Shown: positions 47,272 through 58,322 of the stretch, in pieces
Layout: the number at the start of each line of letters is the position of its first letter
Numbering within the stretch: the stretch's first letter is position 1
Assembly (NCBI GenBank): GCA_019828565.1
Contig: JAHDYR010000001.1
Span: 434,001 to 498,000, forward strand
DNA from: Carpediemonas membranifera BICM
Lineage: Eukaryota > Protista > Fornicata
DNA length: 64,000 nt
Direction of reading: 5' to 3'
Position numbers and translations under genes: made by a program
Notes under the pieces: generated by a model
The model's input: only the letters and a program-made list of their open reading frames with translations
The model's database searches: none
What the model was told of the DNA's origin: nothing

Positions 47272-50200
47272 TGTGCCAGCGGCGACAGGCGCACAGCGGG
47301 TCCTGCAGCAGGACACGGGCGGACATCTTGGCCGGGCACACCTTCCCTCAAGGCTCTGACGGGTGGGAGAGTAGAGACAACTTGTACTAGCACGGATCGT
47401 TTATTTGTTTGTGCAGGACGCTGAACCAATGTCCTGCCTTGACAGTAGCTTAGAGTTGCCAGCCATTGCGGCGGCAGGCGGCCTCGACTGGCTGTCTCCA
47501 TGAAGGGCTGACGTTGAGAAAGTCGTCGAGAGCGGCCATCTGGGCTGTCTCAGCGTTGAGCGTGACCTCCGAATCCTCTGCTGACTCGCACCCGGCCCAG
47601 TGGACTAGGAGGTATATGGTCTTCGATCTGGCTGGACGACGGGCCGAGACGATGTGGTCTACGGCGTACTCCCCCTCTTGCTCGGCGACTAGGGTCTTGA
47701 GCTCGTCGAGGTCCGTGGAGCCAGTCCAGGCCTTGATTCGGCGGTCGGAAACTTCCATGGTCTTATCGGTCGTGATGTGTTGGATGATCGACGACGACGT
47801 GTGGTCACCGCGGCGTAGATATCTGAACGGACCGCGCCAGTTTGCCTCGATCTTGGCGGACTTCGGACGAAGGAGGAGTACGAGAGAGCCGGGCTCGTGC
47901 GTGGGGGGCACATTGGTGGGAATTGCAGCCTTCTTGGCGGCGTAGCGAGCGAGGGCTTCGCGGGCGGCCTTTAGGCGCGAAGGATCGGCCTTCCCTTCGG
48001 TGAATGGGAAGAGGATGTCCAGAGGAGAGGCCTTGGTGGACGAAACCTGCTTGGAATTGAGGATAAGCTCGACAGAGGGCAGATGTTCGTCCCAGGGTTG
48101 CATCGTAGCGGGCTTGATGATCTTTTCGATCTCGAAGTTGTACCTTTCCACAATGCCGTTGGACTGTGGGCTGTAAGGGGCGGAAAAGCGGTGATTCAAC
48201 GAGAGTGCGCATGTAAGCTCATCTATTAGCTTCGCTGTGAACTGCGAGCCGTTGTCGGACTGGATCTCGCGAGGTACGCCGTAGGCACCGCAGTAAGCAT
48301 AAAGTGCGCGAGCGGCCGCGAGGGCGTCAGTGGACGTGGCTGGGAACAGTCTGATGTACCTGGAGAAGGTGTCCACGATCGAGATGATGTAGGAGTTTCC
48401 CGACGACGTGGTGGGTAGGGGTCCAAGAGTGTCGACCTGAACTCTGTGGAAAGGAGCGTCCGAGGAGGATGGGTGATACGCGATGGGGCACTCTCTGGCA
48501 GGGGCATGCAGCTGGCAGTGGGGGCAGGCCTTGATCCAGCGTCTGATGTCTTTGTACATGCCAGGCCACGTGGTCTTGGCGGCTTTGACACGGCGAATGC
48601 ACTCGTCGACGCCGAAGTGTCCGACCGCGTCATTGTGGACGGCGGAGAACTTGTCGAAGTGAGGCTCTTGGACGACAGCGTTGACTACAGGCGCGTCGGG
48701 GAGGATCCGGGAGAGGACGTCTGCAATGACGTTGTCGACGCCACGGACGTGCTGAATGGTGAAGCGAAACTCGGATAGTCGTAGGGCCCAGCGGAGAAGC
48801 TTTTTGACAGTCGGGGCCTTCCGTCTGAGTTGGACGAGGTTGCTATGGTCGGTGTGGACATGTAGGTCAGACTTGATCTGGAAGAGGGGTTCGAAGACCT
48901 TGTTGGTGAGGACAGAGATCACGGCATGCAACTCTTGTTCGTATGTTGACCAATTCGACATGGTCTTGTCGTAGGTCTTCTGGAAACAGGCCAGAATTGA
49001 GCGAGTACCGTCCTCCTCATCTTGTATTAGCACGCCTCCTTCGCCAAGTGATGAAGCGTCGGTGTAAATGTGCCAGGGTCTATCGAGGTCTGGGTATGTT
49101 AGGCTGATGTGAAGCGCCAACTGGGACTTGATGTCGTCAAAAGCAGTCAGTTGTTCCTCGCCGAAGACGAACTCGCCGGCTCTGAGTGACCGGTTGAGTG
49201 TGGCGAGTGACTTGGTGGCGTCAGGCAGGAACTGTGCGATGTAGTTGATCTTTCCGAGGATTGACTTCAACTCAGACTGGTCCCGGGGGGGCCTGAGGCT
49301 GACGATGGCCTGGATGCGGTCGGGGTCGACATGTATGCCATTTCGGTCGACGATAAAGCCGACCGATCTGACCTCGGAGGCGCCGATGACGCATTTTGCG
49401 GGCGAGAGCTTGAGGTTATGCTCCCGCAAGGCCATGAATATGGTGCGCAGGTCGTCGATGAACGTGTCATCTGAGGGGGCGGCCTCGAGGATGTCGTCGA
49501 GGTACGCCTTGCAGCGGCCGGTGGCAATGGCGGGTGCCATGACGGCCTGGATGGTACGCTGGAAGTACGAGGGCGCCGAGGCAAGGCCGAACGGGACGCG
49601 GGTGTACTGTAGGTAGTCGTCTGGCGTGACAAAGGCGGAGAGGGCTTGTGAATCATCGTGGAGGGGAAGCTGGTGATATCCCTTGACGAGGTCAAGAGCA
49701 GCGAACCACTTCGCGCCGCGCATGGACATCAGAAACTCTCTGATGTTAGGTAGCGGGAAGTGATCCTCCACGAGGTGCTTGTTCAGCTCCGAGTAGTCGA
49801 CGCACATGCGTGTCTTGTCTTTCTGCTTGACGAGGACGATAGGTGAGGCGAAAGGGCCTTTGGAGGGAGTGACGATGCCATTCTGGGCGAGCTCCGCTAC
49901 GATCTCCTTCGTCTTCTTCCTGTTATCAGGCGAGAGGCGGCGCGGCTTAATTTGCACGAGGGTATCGTCCTTGACGTGCAAGACCATGGGGGAACGTTGG
50001 CCGGTTCAGGACCGAGCGGCTCGAAGATGTCTGAGAACTCTCGCAGAAGTGGCACGACGCGAGAGCGGAGCTCGTCCGAGGGTATTTGGACTGACTGCCA
50101 GCCCGAGCGGTAGTCTGCAAGGGCTGACTGTAGCCTTGATCCGGACACCGAGAACACTGGGAGGACGACGTCGTCAGCCGCTGGCGTAGAGTGTGTGAGC

Positions 50201-51546
50201 CCAAGCGATAGGCCGTCTGAAGTGAGAACGCCGAGGTCTCTGAGAGTGTCGCACCCGATTAGAGGACACTGGCGGCCAGGGAGGATGATGAAACGGACGG
50301 AGACAGCGACAGGGAATCCGGCGAGGCCCGTGAAGAGGATGGGCGCATCTACGGCCTGATTGACGGTGATTGAGCTGCCGTCGGCGAGAATGACCGACAC
50401 GGGGTCGATGCTGGTGCGGGGGAGCTGCCATATCTTTGCGTAACGATCACTCGTGCATGAGATTGCTGCGCCCGTGTCAATGATGGCTTGGAAGTGGGAC
50501 GTGCCGCATGAGGCGGGCACCTTAAGGGCGTCGGCTCCGCGGCTTTTCGCGAAGTTGACCTGTGTCTGGGGACCACGTGACTGACGAGAGGGGCAATCTC
50601 GGTCGAAGTGGTTGCCCTGACAGTGGCGACAGGGGCGTGCCGGCTGCCGGGTGTTGTCGCCCGAGGGCCCGGTGTTGCCGTTATTGTTGGCTGGAGTGGA
50701 GCTCTGGGCGTAGTAGCCGTATCGGAGAGCCTCCTCGCGGGCGTTGTCGTCGCGTTTGGCAACGCGGAGGGCAAGGCGCTGGAGATCATCCATGGCGGTG
50801 GGCTTGCGTTCAGCCTTCTTGAACTTCATGACCTCCTTGAAGGGCTTCGGACGTAGGTTGTCGATGAAGATCCTCATACAGTCTTTCAGAAAGCCTGAGG
50901 GGGATTGAGGATCGGGATCGTCGTCATCAGGGGCATCACCGTCGACGTGCCTTGCAGGGACGATGGCTGCTTCTTCGTAGTCGCTGTCGGAGCTGCTGTC
51001 GGATTTGGAGTCGGAGTCGTTGTCGTCATCACGTTGTAGTACGGTGTGCAGGTTAAAAACCTCGTTGAAGCGGTGGATATAGTCTCGGACTAGAACGATT
51101 CTAGACTTCTTGTGCGTTGCGTCTACGGCACAGACAATCTTGTCGAGACGTTCCTTGAGTGAGAGTAGGTCTCTTGGAGCGATCAGACGCTCGATGAGGT
51201 GACCCACCTCTTCGTCAGTAAGCGTGTCCAGATCGGCATCGAACTGGAGCTCGAGGGCGTTGTAGAGGTCGTCGTCTAAAAACAGGGAGATCTTGGCCTC
51301 GGGGTAGTATACCTGGAACTTTCTGAATGAGCGCTTGGCGGCCCGCCAAGAGTCGGCGGAAAGACCGGCCAAGGGGATACTGGGCTGCTCTATGGGAGTA
51401 GGCAACACCATGATGGAGAGTATTAATACTGTGCTCGAGAGGACGGAAAAACAACTTGGTGCTTTAGTCAAAGAGAAGTCGACACAACAGTGTCGACCGG
51501 AATGGCGGATCGAATCGCCAATCAAATATTTTATTTGATTGGCACA
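47272..51546 (-). mobile_element. Ty3/Gypsy chromodomain element C, with non-matching terminal segments (boundaries uncertain)
   Basis: gag-PR 51411->49897 (CRHCQGNHFDRDC, IIDTGA). pol 49987->47450 (YLDD, TDAS, DTLGP, SDNG, chromodomain EYAVDHIV...VHWAG). Candidate termini 47272-47340 and 51430-51546 are each bounded by TGTGC...GGCACA but are otherwise different. Confidence 0.85.
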
Positions 51547-51615
51547 CTGCCACAGCGGCTCCTTGCCGCCTCGGCTCACCGGACGTCGCCATGACGATCC
51601 TCGGTGCGATGGTGT

Positions 51616-52481
51616 TTAATGGGATGAGAACAGTGTCTCAGCAGTTTTTCTTAACTGCGACGGATGATTTCTGATGGCCTCGCCGATGTAGGGGCGGAGT
51701 GAGTTGCCATTGTCCCATGTGCCCAGCTGTAGCAGGGTCTCGAGGGGTGTCCCGGCGAGGGCTAACTCGGAGGCGGCCCCCTTGCGGAAGCTGTGGAGGC
51801 CAACGCGGTCGTCGTTGAACGTCCTCCGGAGCTCATCTCGCATGTACCGCATGGAGGCCGCCTTCCGTCGGCTGATTGTACGGTCGGAGGTGATGACTCT
51901 CCAGATGCCGACATCTGGCGGCAAGCGGAGGCCGAGAACCCATCTCTTCAGCGCGAATGCGGGGTTGAAGGGACCCAGTAAGACGTTCGGCAGGGATTTT
52001 GACACCTTAGTCTGAGTCTTGGTCTGGCCGATGAGGAGTTGGACGTCTCCGTTGGCTTTGAAGACGATGTCGTGAGGAGTGAGGCGGAATATCTCTGCCC
52101 CACGGCTGACTGTTAGGTATGCGATCGCGGCGAACAGGGTCGCCTGGTAAGCCGAGACGCTGTCGTTCCGACGAGTGATTGCGCGCAGCATGTCCTCCTT
52201 GAGTATGGGCGCCGAGCCACCTGTCATGCCGTCCGTCGAGGCGTGGGCGGCGATGCCGCGTCGAATCTGAGAGCAGTAAGGACTGGGAAGCCAGTCGGAG
52301 AACAGGGGCGCGGCTCGCTCTATCCAGTAGCCCTTGCGCTCTACGGTGGCTGGGGCGTTATGCTCTGCCTCCTCCTCGAGGAAGGCTCAGTATACTTCGG
52401 TGTCGTCTAAGTCCTGGCCTCGAAACTCTATAAAAGCGGTGATCCAGCCGGCTACTGCTCGGCGCGTCTCGTGTCTGCGCA
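51616..52481 (-). CDS. DIRS X tyrosine recombinase (in-frame TGA at 52387-52389)
   Basis: SRGAE (R), TKT (K), HSFRKG (HxxR), GTW, RPY (Y). Confidence 0.9.
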
Positions 52482-54353
52482 TGTGAGCGAGTATTGGGTG
52501 GTTGACGATGCTGGTGAACAGGTCTGGAAGGCGAGGGCCATGAAGCGGATATTCCCGTTCGGCTTGGCCAGGCGCTCTACGAGAGGGAGGTTGTCGGACG
52601 CGAAGTCGCTCCTGGGGATGGAGAAGGCGATCTTGCAAGTTGCCTGTGATTTGAGGAGTCGGAGCTCGGGCGATGTGATGTCTGGGACGACGAGGAAGAC
52701 GGCTGAGGTCCAGGTTGACGGAGGGGATGTAGTCCGGGTCGCGAGGATCGAATTCAGGACTCGACAGACCCGACCCAGTATCATCGGCGACGGGGGTGGT
52801 GCCGCATAGATCCGGTGTCCGCGCCAGTCCCGGTCCATCCCGTCTTGCCAGGAGGTGGAAGCGAACCCTGGGAGGAGTAGACTGTGGTCTGGGTATGGAG
52901 TTACGTCTACGTCCACCGGACCCCAGCTGGACAGGATCTGCTCGAGGACGTGGGGTGGTGTGAGCAACCCCCGAGATAGGCGGTCTGCAGCTAGATTGAG
53001 ATGACCTGGAGTGTGATGGGCGCTGATGAGCAGTCTCTTCGCGCTCATCTCGCGGTAAAGGGAGTGGAGGATCTGCAGGGCCATTGGCGGAGCCTTCGAG
53101 CTGCCCTCCTTGTTGATCCAAGCGACACACGTGGTGTTGTCGGAATACACGGTCAGGCGTCTCGTCTGAGGCTGTGTTGGCACCAGGCGCGAGCCGAAGA
53201 GTACGGCTGCCAACTCCTTCACATTGATTGACTGATTGGCTAGCGCGCCATTGAAGGAGCCGTGGCTGCTCTGCGTGGTGGCTGCCCACTGGGCGCCCCA
53301 GCCCGAGCCTGAGGCGTCGGTTGATATGACCAGCTCGAGGGTCTGGTCGTTCTGCCACATGTTCTTCAGCTCCACGAAGGGGCGGCTTGGACGGCTGGAC
53401 AACAGCTCTTGCCATTCTCGAAGTTCTGAGGCGTAGGGTGTGATGTCGATCCAGTCCGAGGGAGCCCTTGGCAGTGACCGGAGCTTTAGTGTGGCTCTGT
53501 GGGCGGATGTTGCGAAAAAGGACAGCTTGCCGACCAGCTTCGCCCAGTCCTCCGCCTTCATGCGGCGTTGAGCGAGGGCGTCGGTAATGCACGCTTGGTA
53601 TTTCTCCGCCTTGTCGACTGGAAGGCGAAGGGTCTGGTCTGCCGAGTTCAGAAGCAGACCAAGGAACTCGATGCACTGGCAAGGAACCAGAATGCACTTC
53701 TCTAGAGATGGTATTAGTCCGAGGGCGTCCAGAGTTTGCATGGCCCGTGGTAGCTCTGCTTTGAGGTGGGCCTGGCTCTCGGCGGAAAGAAGAAAGTCGT
53801 CTAGGTATACGTTGACTGTCACGTGGTGCCGCAGGGCGATTATCTTCGCTGCCTGGATCATGGTGGACTGGAAAAAGAAGGGTGCCGCCGTCCACCCGAA
53901 TCCGAGGGTGCGGTAGCGAAATGCTCGCCCGTCTGGAAGTACGATCCCCAGGAGAGGCTTGTCGCTGTCCTTGATGCCGAGCTGAGAATATCCAGACCGG
54001 AGGTCTATCTTGGCCATCCAGGCATTCTTGCTGAGCGTGTTGATGGCCCGTCTGATGCCGAAGAGTCGGAAGGAGCGACGTTCTTTCGAGACGCGGTTGA
54101 GACGCGTGAGGTTGTGTATTACACGAATGTCCTGCCCCTTGGCCACGGCGAACAGAGGGGCGCTGTGGCGAAGTTCTGAAAGTCGTGTCGGCTCGATGAT
54201 ACCATCTTCCTGCATCTTGGAGAGTTTGGGTAAGATACGCGGGTCGATCGAGTTTTGTGGACGCGCCGGAGGGGGAGGATGCGTGAGCTCGACCGGGATC
54301 CCTTCTCTGATCCAGCCCACGACTTGCTGAGAGGCCTTGAATCTTTCCCACAC
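52452..54353 (-). CDS. DIRS X RT, RNase H and methyltransferase-like domain
   Basis: KIDLRSGYSQL, LGFGWTAAP, YLDDFLL, FLGL, STDASG.GWG, INVKEL, SDNTT, ADRLSR. Then W..VDV...DGMDRDW...IYAAPP...LVVP, matching the DIRS MT-like pattern. Confidence 0.9.
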   Translation of the reverse strand: MWERFKASQQVVGWIREGIPVELTHPPPPARPQNSIDPRILPKLSKMQEDGIIEPTRLSELRHSAPLFAVAKGQDIRVIHNLTRLNRVSKERRSFRLFGIRRAINTLSKNAWMAKIDLRSGYSQLGIKDSDKPLLGIVLPDGRAFRYRTLGFGWTAAPFFFQSTMIQAAKIIALRHHVTVNVYLDDFLLSAESQAHLKAELPRAMQTLDALGLIPSLEKCILVPCQCIEFLGLLLNSADQTLRLPVDKAEKYQACITDALAQRRMKAEDWAKLVGKLSFFATSAHRATLKLRSLPRAPSDWIDITPYASELREWQELLSSRPSRPFVELKNMWQNDQTLELVISTDASGSGWGAQWAATTQSSHGSFNGALANQSINVKELAAVLFGSRLVPTQPQTRRLTVYSDNTTCVAWINKEGSSKAPPMALQILHSLYREMSAKRLLISAHHTPGHLNLAADRLSRGLLTPPHVLEQILSSWGPVDVDVTPYPDHSLLLPGFASTSWQDGMDRDWRGHRIYAAPPPSPMILGRVCRVLNSILATRTTSPPSTWTSAVFLVVPDITSPELRLLKSQATCKIAFSIPRSDFASDNLPLVERLAKPNGNIRFMALAFQTCSPASSTTQYSLTCADTRRAEQ

Positions 54354-54383
54354 CCACCATCGCTTTTGGAGTGGAGGGAAAGG

Positions 54384-54869
54384 CTAGGACCTCGAGCGGC
54401 GGCCGTTGTGGCCGCCCTCCGGTTGAAAATTACGCCTCTTGCGCTTACCTTTCATCTTGGCGCGGGCTATGATGGCGTCGATGTCTAGCTCTGACTCAAT
54501 GACGGATGCCTTGAGGGCAGCAGCTGCATAGTCGGTTGCCGCGTCATCGTAATCGTCCTTGAGGAGCAGTAGCTTATAGCGGCCGAGGAGTCGGAGGCGA
54601 AGTGTGTTGGCATCGAGCATGTCGGTGGCGATGTCCCTTAGAAGCTCTTTGATGAATCTGGCTTCATCGCGGGGACCAAAGCGTTGCGGAAGTTCTAAAT
54701 CGGCGAGCGTGTTGAGGAATGAGCGGTTTCTTGCATTGACTGGCTCGTCGTAATCGGGCCCCTGCGCGATGTTCGCTTCAACCGAAGCTAAACGGCCAGA
54801 AAGCTCGCCTAGAACCCTTAGTATCTCCTCTTGTTGCGGATTGGGCGTGCCCGTGTCTTCTTCGGGCAT
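54384..54869 (-). CDS. DIRS X gag-like ORF
   Basis: First ORF of the element; ATG lies inside repeat A. Homologous to the Y ORF at 46325-46801. Confidence 0.7.
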   Translation of the reverse strand: MPEEDTGTPNPQQEEILRVLGELSGRLASVEANIAQGPDYDEPVNARNRSFLNTLADLELPQRFGPRDEARFIKELLRDIATDMLDANTLRLRLLGRYKLLLLKDDYDDAATDYAAAALKASVIESELDIDAIIARAKMKGKRKRRNFQPEGGHNGRRSRS

Positions 54870-55165
54870 CTTTCGAATTCTGCCATATCCTGCACATCTG
54901 GTCGAATCAATCCAACGATCAATAGTCTCCGGCCCGCGCTCCCCGCGGGACCCTCCGACCCTCAGCACCCCGGGTGCCCTGGTCGAGTGCTGCTCGTGCT
55001 AGAGTATCCACAAAGTGTGGCTCTATAACAGAGAGCCCTCCTCTTAAATCCAACCAAAATGGGACAATCCCGCAAGACGTCCCTGTGGGACTAAAGCTTT
55101 GGGCCGGCGAGTCCGTCTCGCCTCGGCCGTTCCCCTCGAACGCGGATGTTTAATGGAGGGGGTGG

Positions 55166-56060
55166 TTAAAAGTGGGGCCCGAGAAGGTTGAGGTTCATCC
55201 TCCTGGTGAGGTCCTCGTTTGTTCTGATGGCGTCAGCGACATAGCTGCGGAGGGAGGTGACGTCCTTCCATGTGCCCATTGAGAGGATCACCTCCAGCGG
55301 GACTCCTGATAGAGCCATCTCCGACGCTGCCCCCTTACGGAAGCTGTGGAGACCCGTCCGTGGACCGAACAACGCCTTCACGACTCGTCGGAGGTGTGCG
55401 GCTGTGAGCGGTTTGTCTCTGCTCAGGCGCCCGTTGACTATGACTCGCCAGATGGGGGTGTCATCAGCCAGGTAGTGTGTGCCCTCGACCCAGCGTCTAA
55501 GTGCCAAGGCCGGGTTGAAGGCGGCTGATAGCCATACGTATGGTACGCGCTTCTTAACTCCCGTTAGGATGGTCTTGGTCCGCTGAATGTGTAGGAGAAT
55601 GTCGCCGTTCTTGAGTAGCTCCAGGTCGGCCGGGCATAGGGAGAGTATCTCGATGCCTCTGGACACCGTCAGATAGGCGACTGCCCCAAAGAGACATGCC
55701 TGATATGACTCAAAGTCGTCACTCCGGCGCCCCAGTGCCTCGATCATCTCAGCCTTGGTGATGGCGCGCGAGCCGCCGGTAGTTCCCGCCGTGCTGGCGC
55801 CCTTAGCCGCCTGCTTAACGATGTACTTGGAGTTGGCGGGCGGATGCCAGTCTTTGAGGAACTCCTGTAGCCCTTCCTCGCCACGTTCGATGGCCCGCAG
55901 AAGGAGCCTTCGTCCTTGAGGAAGGCTACAAGCTGGTCTCGATCCGACAGGCTGCGATCGCGAGAGCCTTCGAACCTGGCCACCCAGCCGGCCACCGTCC
56001 GAGCAGACGCGTGATTAAGGTGAATCACTCTGTCCGACCTGAGGACTCTGTGGAAAACGT
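55166..56060 (-). CDS. DIRS Y tyrosine recombinase (frameshifted N-terminal part; start approximate)
   Basis: YLTVSRGIE, RTKT, HSFRKGAASE, GTW, RSY. Clearly homologous to the X recombinase. Confidence 0.88.
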
Positions 56061-56770
56061 CCTGAACGCCATCACATTGAACCGTAGGCGTCCTCTGTCC
56101 TGTAGGTGAAGTAGGTGGGCCAGATCTGAGCTCGAAGCCGGGACGGAGAGACGGAGTTTCCAGGACGTCCAACTCTTGAGGAGTCTCATCTCCGGCGCTT
56201 GAACCTCTGGGTAGAGGAGAAAGACTGCTGAGGTCCAAGACCTCGGGTGTCCAGTCTGAGTCTGAACTCTCGCTGTCGCTATCTTCTGGACTATGGCTGC
56301 CATAGACGAATTGGGGGCCCAGAGGACGCGACATCCAAGCCTTACGTCTACGTCCGTTGAGACTGTCTGGACTGGACCCCACTCCGCGAGGACAGATTCC
56401 ATGCTGGACTCCAGAGAGGAAGGGAGTCGTGAGAAGTCTCTGGACAGCCGATATGCTGCCAGGTTGATGATGCCCGGAGTGTGTAGTCCACGGAGTGTCA
56501 GGTTCCGGTCCTCCGCCTCCTTCTGGATCTGGGCTAGAATGTGCAGGGCCTGAGGTGGAGCCTTCGTAGACCCCGCCTTGTTGAGCCAGGCCAGAGCTGA
56601 TGTGTTGTCTGAGAAGATCGATAGCTCGCGTTGGGAACTCTGTCTGCCGATCAGACGGATGCCCTGTAGGATTCCCGCGAGCTCCTTCACGTTGATAGAT
56701 TCTGCTCTTAGTTCTGGAGTGAACGTGCCCGAGGCTGAGGTCCCGTACTCGCCGTGCACGGCTGCTCCCC

Positions 56771-58322
56771 TGTGGTTTGACTATACCTGTTTTACTGGGA
56801 GAATAGACTTCGACACAGGGGTGTCGAAGTCAATCCATAAATGTTCTTAAATTGTACTGACTGACACTGCCCCTCCATGCTCAACTGACTTGAGTATGAA
56901 TAACTTGTGCCGGTAGGCCTCACAGGGGAAAGCCTGTGCTAACCTACTTCACCGTTGGCGGCTGGGGAATAGCCCAGTGCCCGGGAAGGGTACTCTGCCT
57001 TAGCTCGGTAACCCTTGCTTCACCGTCGCTAACTGTGGGTAGCACAGCAGCCGGAACACCGTTGACACACTCTTACTGCCACGTAAGGGTGTCCGGTACA
57101 ACCGTAGTTGTTCTGTGGTGACTTATCTCCAAATTGATTGACTCAGAATTTCGTGGTACCACTGTGTAAGTATTGCGTCATACGCTCAAGGGTTAGTCTT
57201 ACCCTGGCTTACCGCCCTCCCACGGGCCATTACTGGGCCGTATGGTCGTCGATTAGTTCATTCGGATCCTTAAAATGCACAAATGGCTTCAGTTCGAAAC
57301 CACCATGGTATGCGGCCTTGAAAGCCCTCATTCTTACATAGCGTTCGAATAACGCCTCTAGACACACTTTGCGCACTTGATCTTATCTCTCTTACAGTCC
57401 CGGGCGAAGTGACCTTGCTTGCCGCAGTTCTGACACTGCTTACTGGCTCTGTCGGGCCGTCTCGTATCAGGCTGGGAACTGGAGTGGTTGTACGCGTGCG
57501 GTGGCTCAGGAGCTTGGCGTTGGAGGGGAGGCTGGTCAGGTCTTGCCTGTTGACGTTCTTGGCGGCCCGGACGGGCTCTGCTAGACTTGACGCGGCTTCC
57601 AGGATGTGTTGACGACACTGGATGGAGGGATGCGTATGATTCAGAGATGAGACGAGCTTCCTCGAGCTTCTTGCAGATCATAAGAGAGGTAATGAAGGTC
57701 TCATCGAGCGACATTCCTACTACGGCGTCTTTGACCTCCTCGCGGAGGAACTCGTCCAGGATTCCGTTCAGGAACATCTGGCGGATCGTAGCAGGCGCCA
57801 GATCAGGCTTGATGATGCGGTACCTTGTACGGAACTTGTCCAAGTACTGTGTGAAGCGCCCCGAATGGACGCCCTTCACAGAGAGCTGGAATAGTTGGCG
57901 CTGTAGGATAGCTGATTGAGGTTTGATGGCGTCAACGACGGCCTGGAAAGCTAGGTCTTCCGCTCCGGACTTTTTCATACGGACTTGCGGTGCGCGAAAA
58001 ATAAGGGAGGATGATGTCTTCTGTCTCCTCGCGCGGCGGTACACCTGCTTAACATCAACACCCGATGAACTGCAGAATGTTAGAACTGCAGGGCCTAAGC
58101 GCTTAATGAGGCGGCGCTTTCCACCGGCCTGAACATGTCTCGTTAGCTTTTCGTGAAATGCCAGAATGGCACTAATGCTTGGCTCGTTCACTGACGGGCC
58201 GTTTTCAGTCATTTGAAGTAATATTACTGTGGTTTGACTATACTGTTTTACTGGGAGAATAGACTTCGACACAGGGGTGTCGAAGTCAATCCATAAATGT
58301 TCTTAAATTGTACTGACTGACA
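56771..58322 (-). mobile_element. Non-autonomous gag-only LTR element E (1.55 kb)
   Basis: LTRs 56771-56866 and 58228-58322 (96/95 bp, one indel; TGTG...GACA). 4-bp TSD CCCC. PPT GGAGGGGCAG. No pol recognised. Confidence 0.9.
57358..58212 (-). CDS. Element E Gag-like protein
   Basis: MHR-like FTQYLDKF...MFLNGI. Knuckle CQNCGKQGHFARDC. ATG 15 nt after the 5' LTR. Confidence 0.85.
   Translation of the reverse strand: MTENGPSVNEPSISAILAFHEKLTRHVQAGGKRRLIKRLGPAVLTFCSSSGVDVKQVYRRARRQKTSSSLIFRAPQVRMKKSGAEDLAFQAVVDAIKPQSAILQRQLFQLSVKGVHSGRFTQYLDKFRTRYRIIKPDLAPATIRQMFLNGILDEFLREEVKDAVVGMSLDETFITSLMICKKLEEARLISESYASLHPVSSTHPGSRVKSSRARPGRQERQQARPDQPPLQRQAPEPPHAYNHSSSQPDTRRPDRASKQCQNCGKQGHFARDCKRDKIKCAKCV

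Larger units (their letters stand above)
46882..55009 (-). mobile_element. DIRS-order tyrosine-recombinase retrotransposon X with split direct repeats (PAT-like), containing Gypsy C
   Basis: Repeat A at 54841-55009 and 47026-47192. Repeat B at 47189-47219 and 46882-46912. Order A1-gag-RT/RH/MT-YR-B1-A2-spacer-B2. Core ATCC at both ends and at the internal B1/A2 junction. Confidence 0.9.

Noticed and set aside
51616-55747. Tyrosine recombinases as phage integrases or evidence of bacterial DNA
   Set aside because: They are linked to DIRS-type RT-RH ORFs and split repeats in a eukaryotic context.
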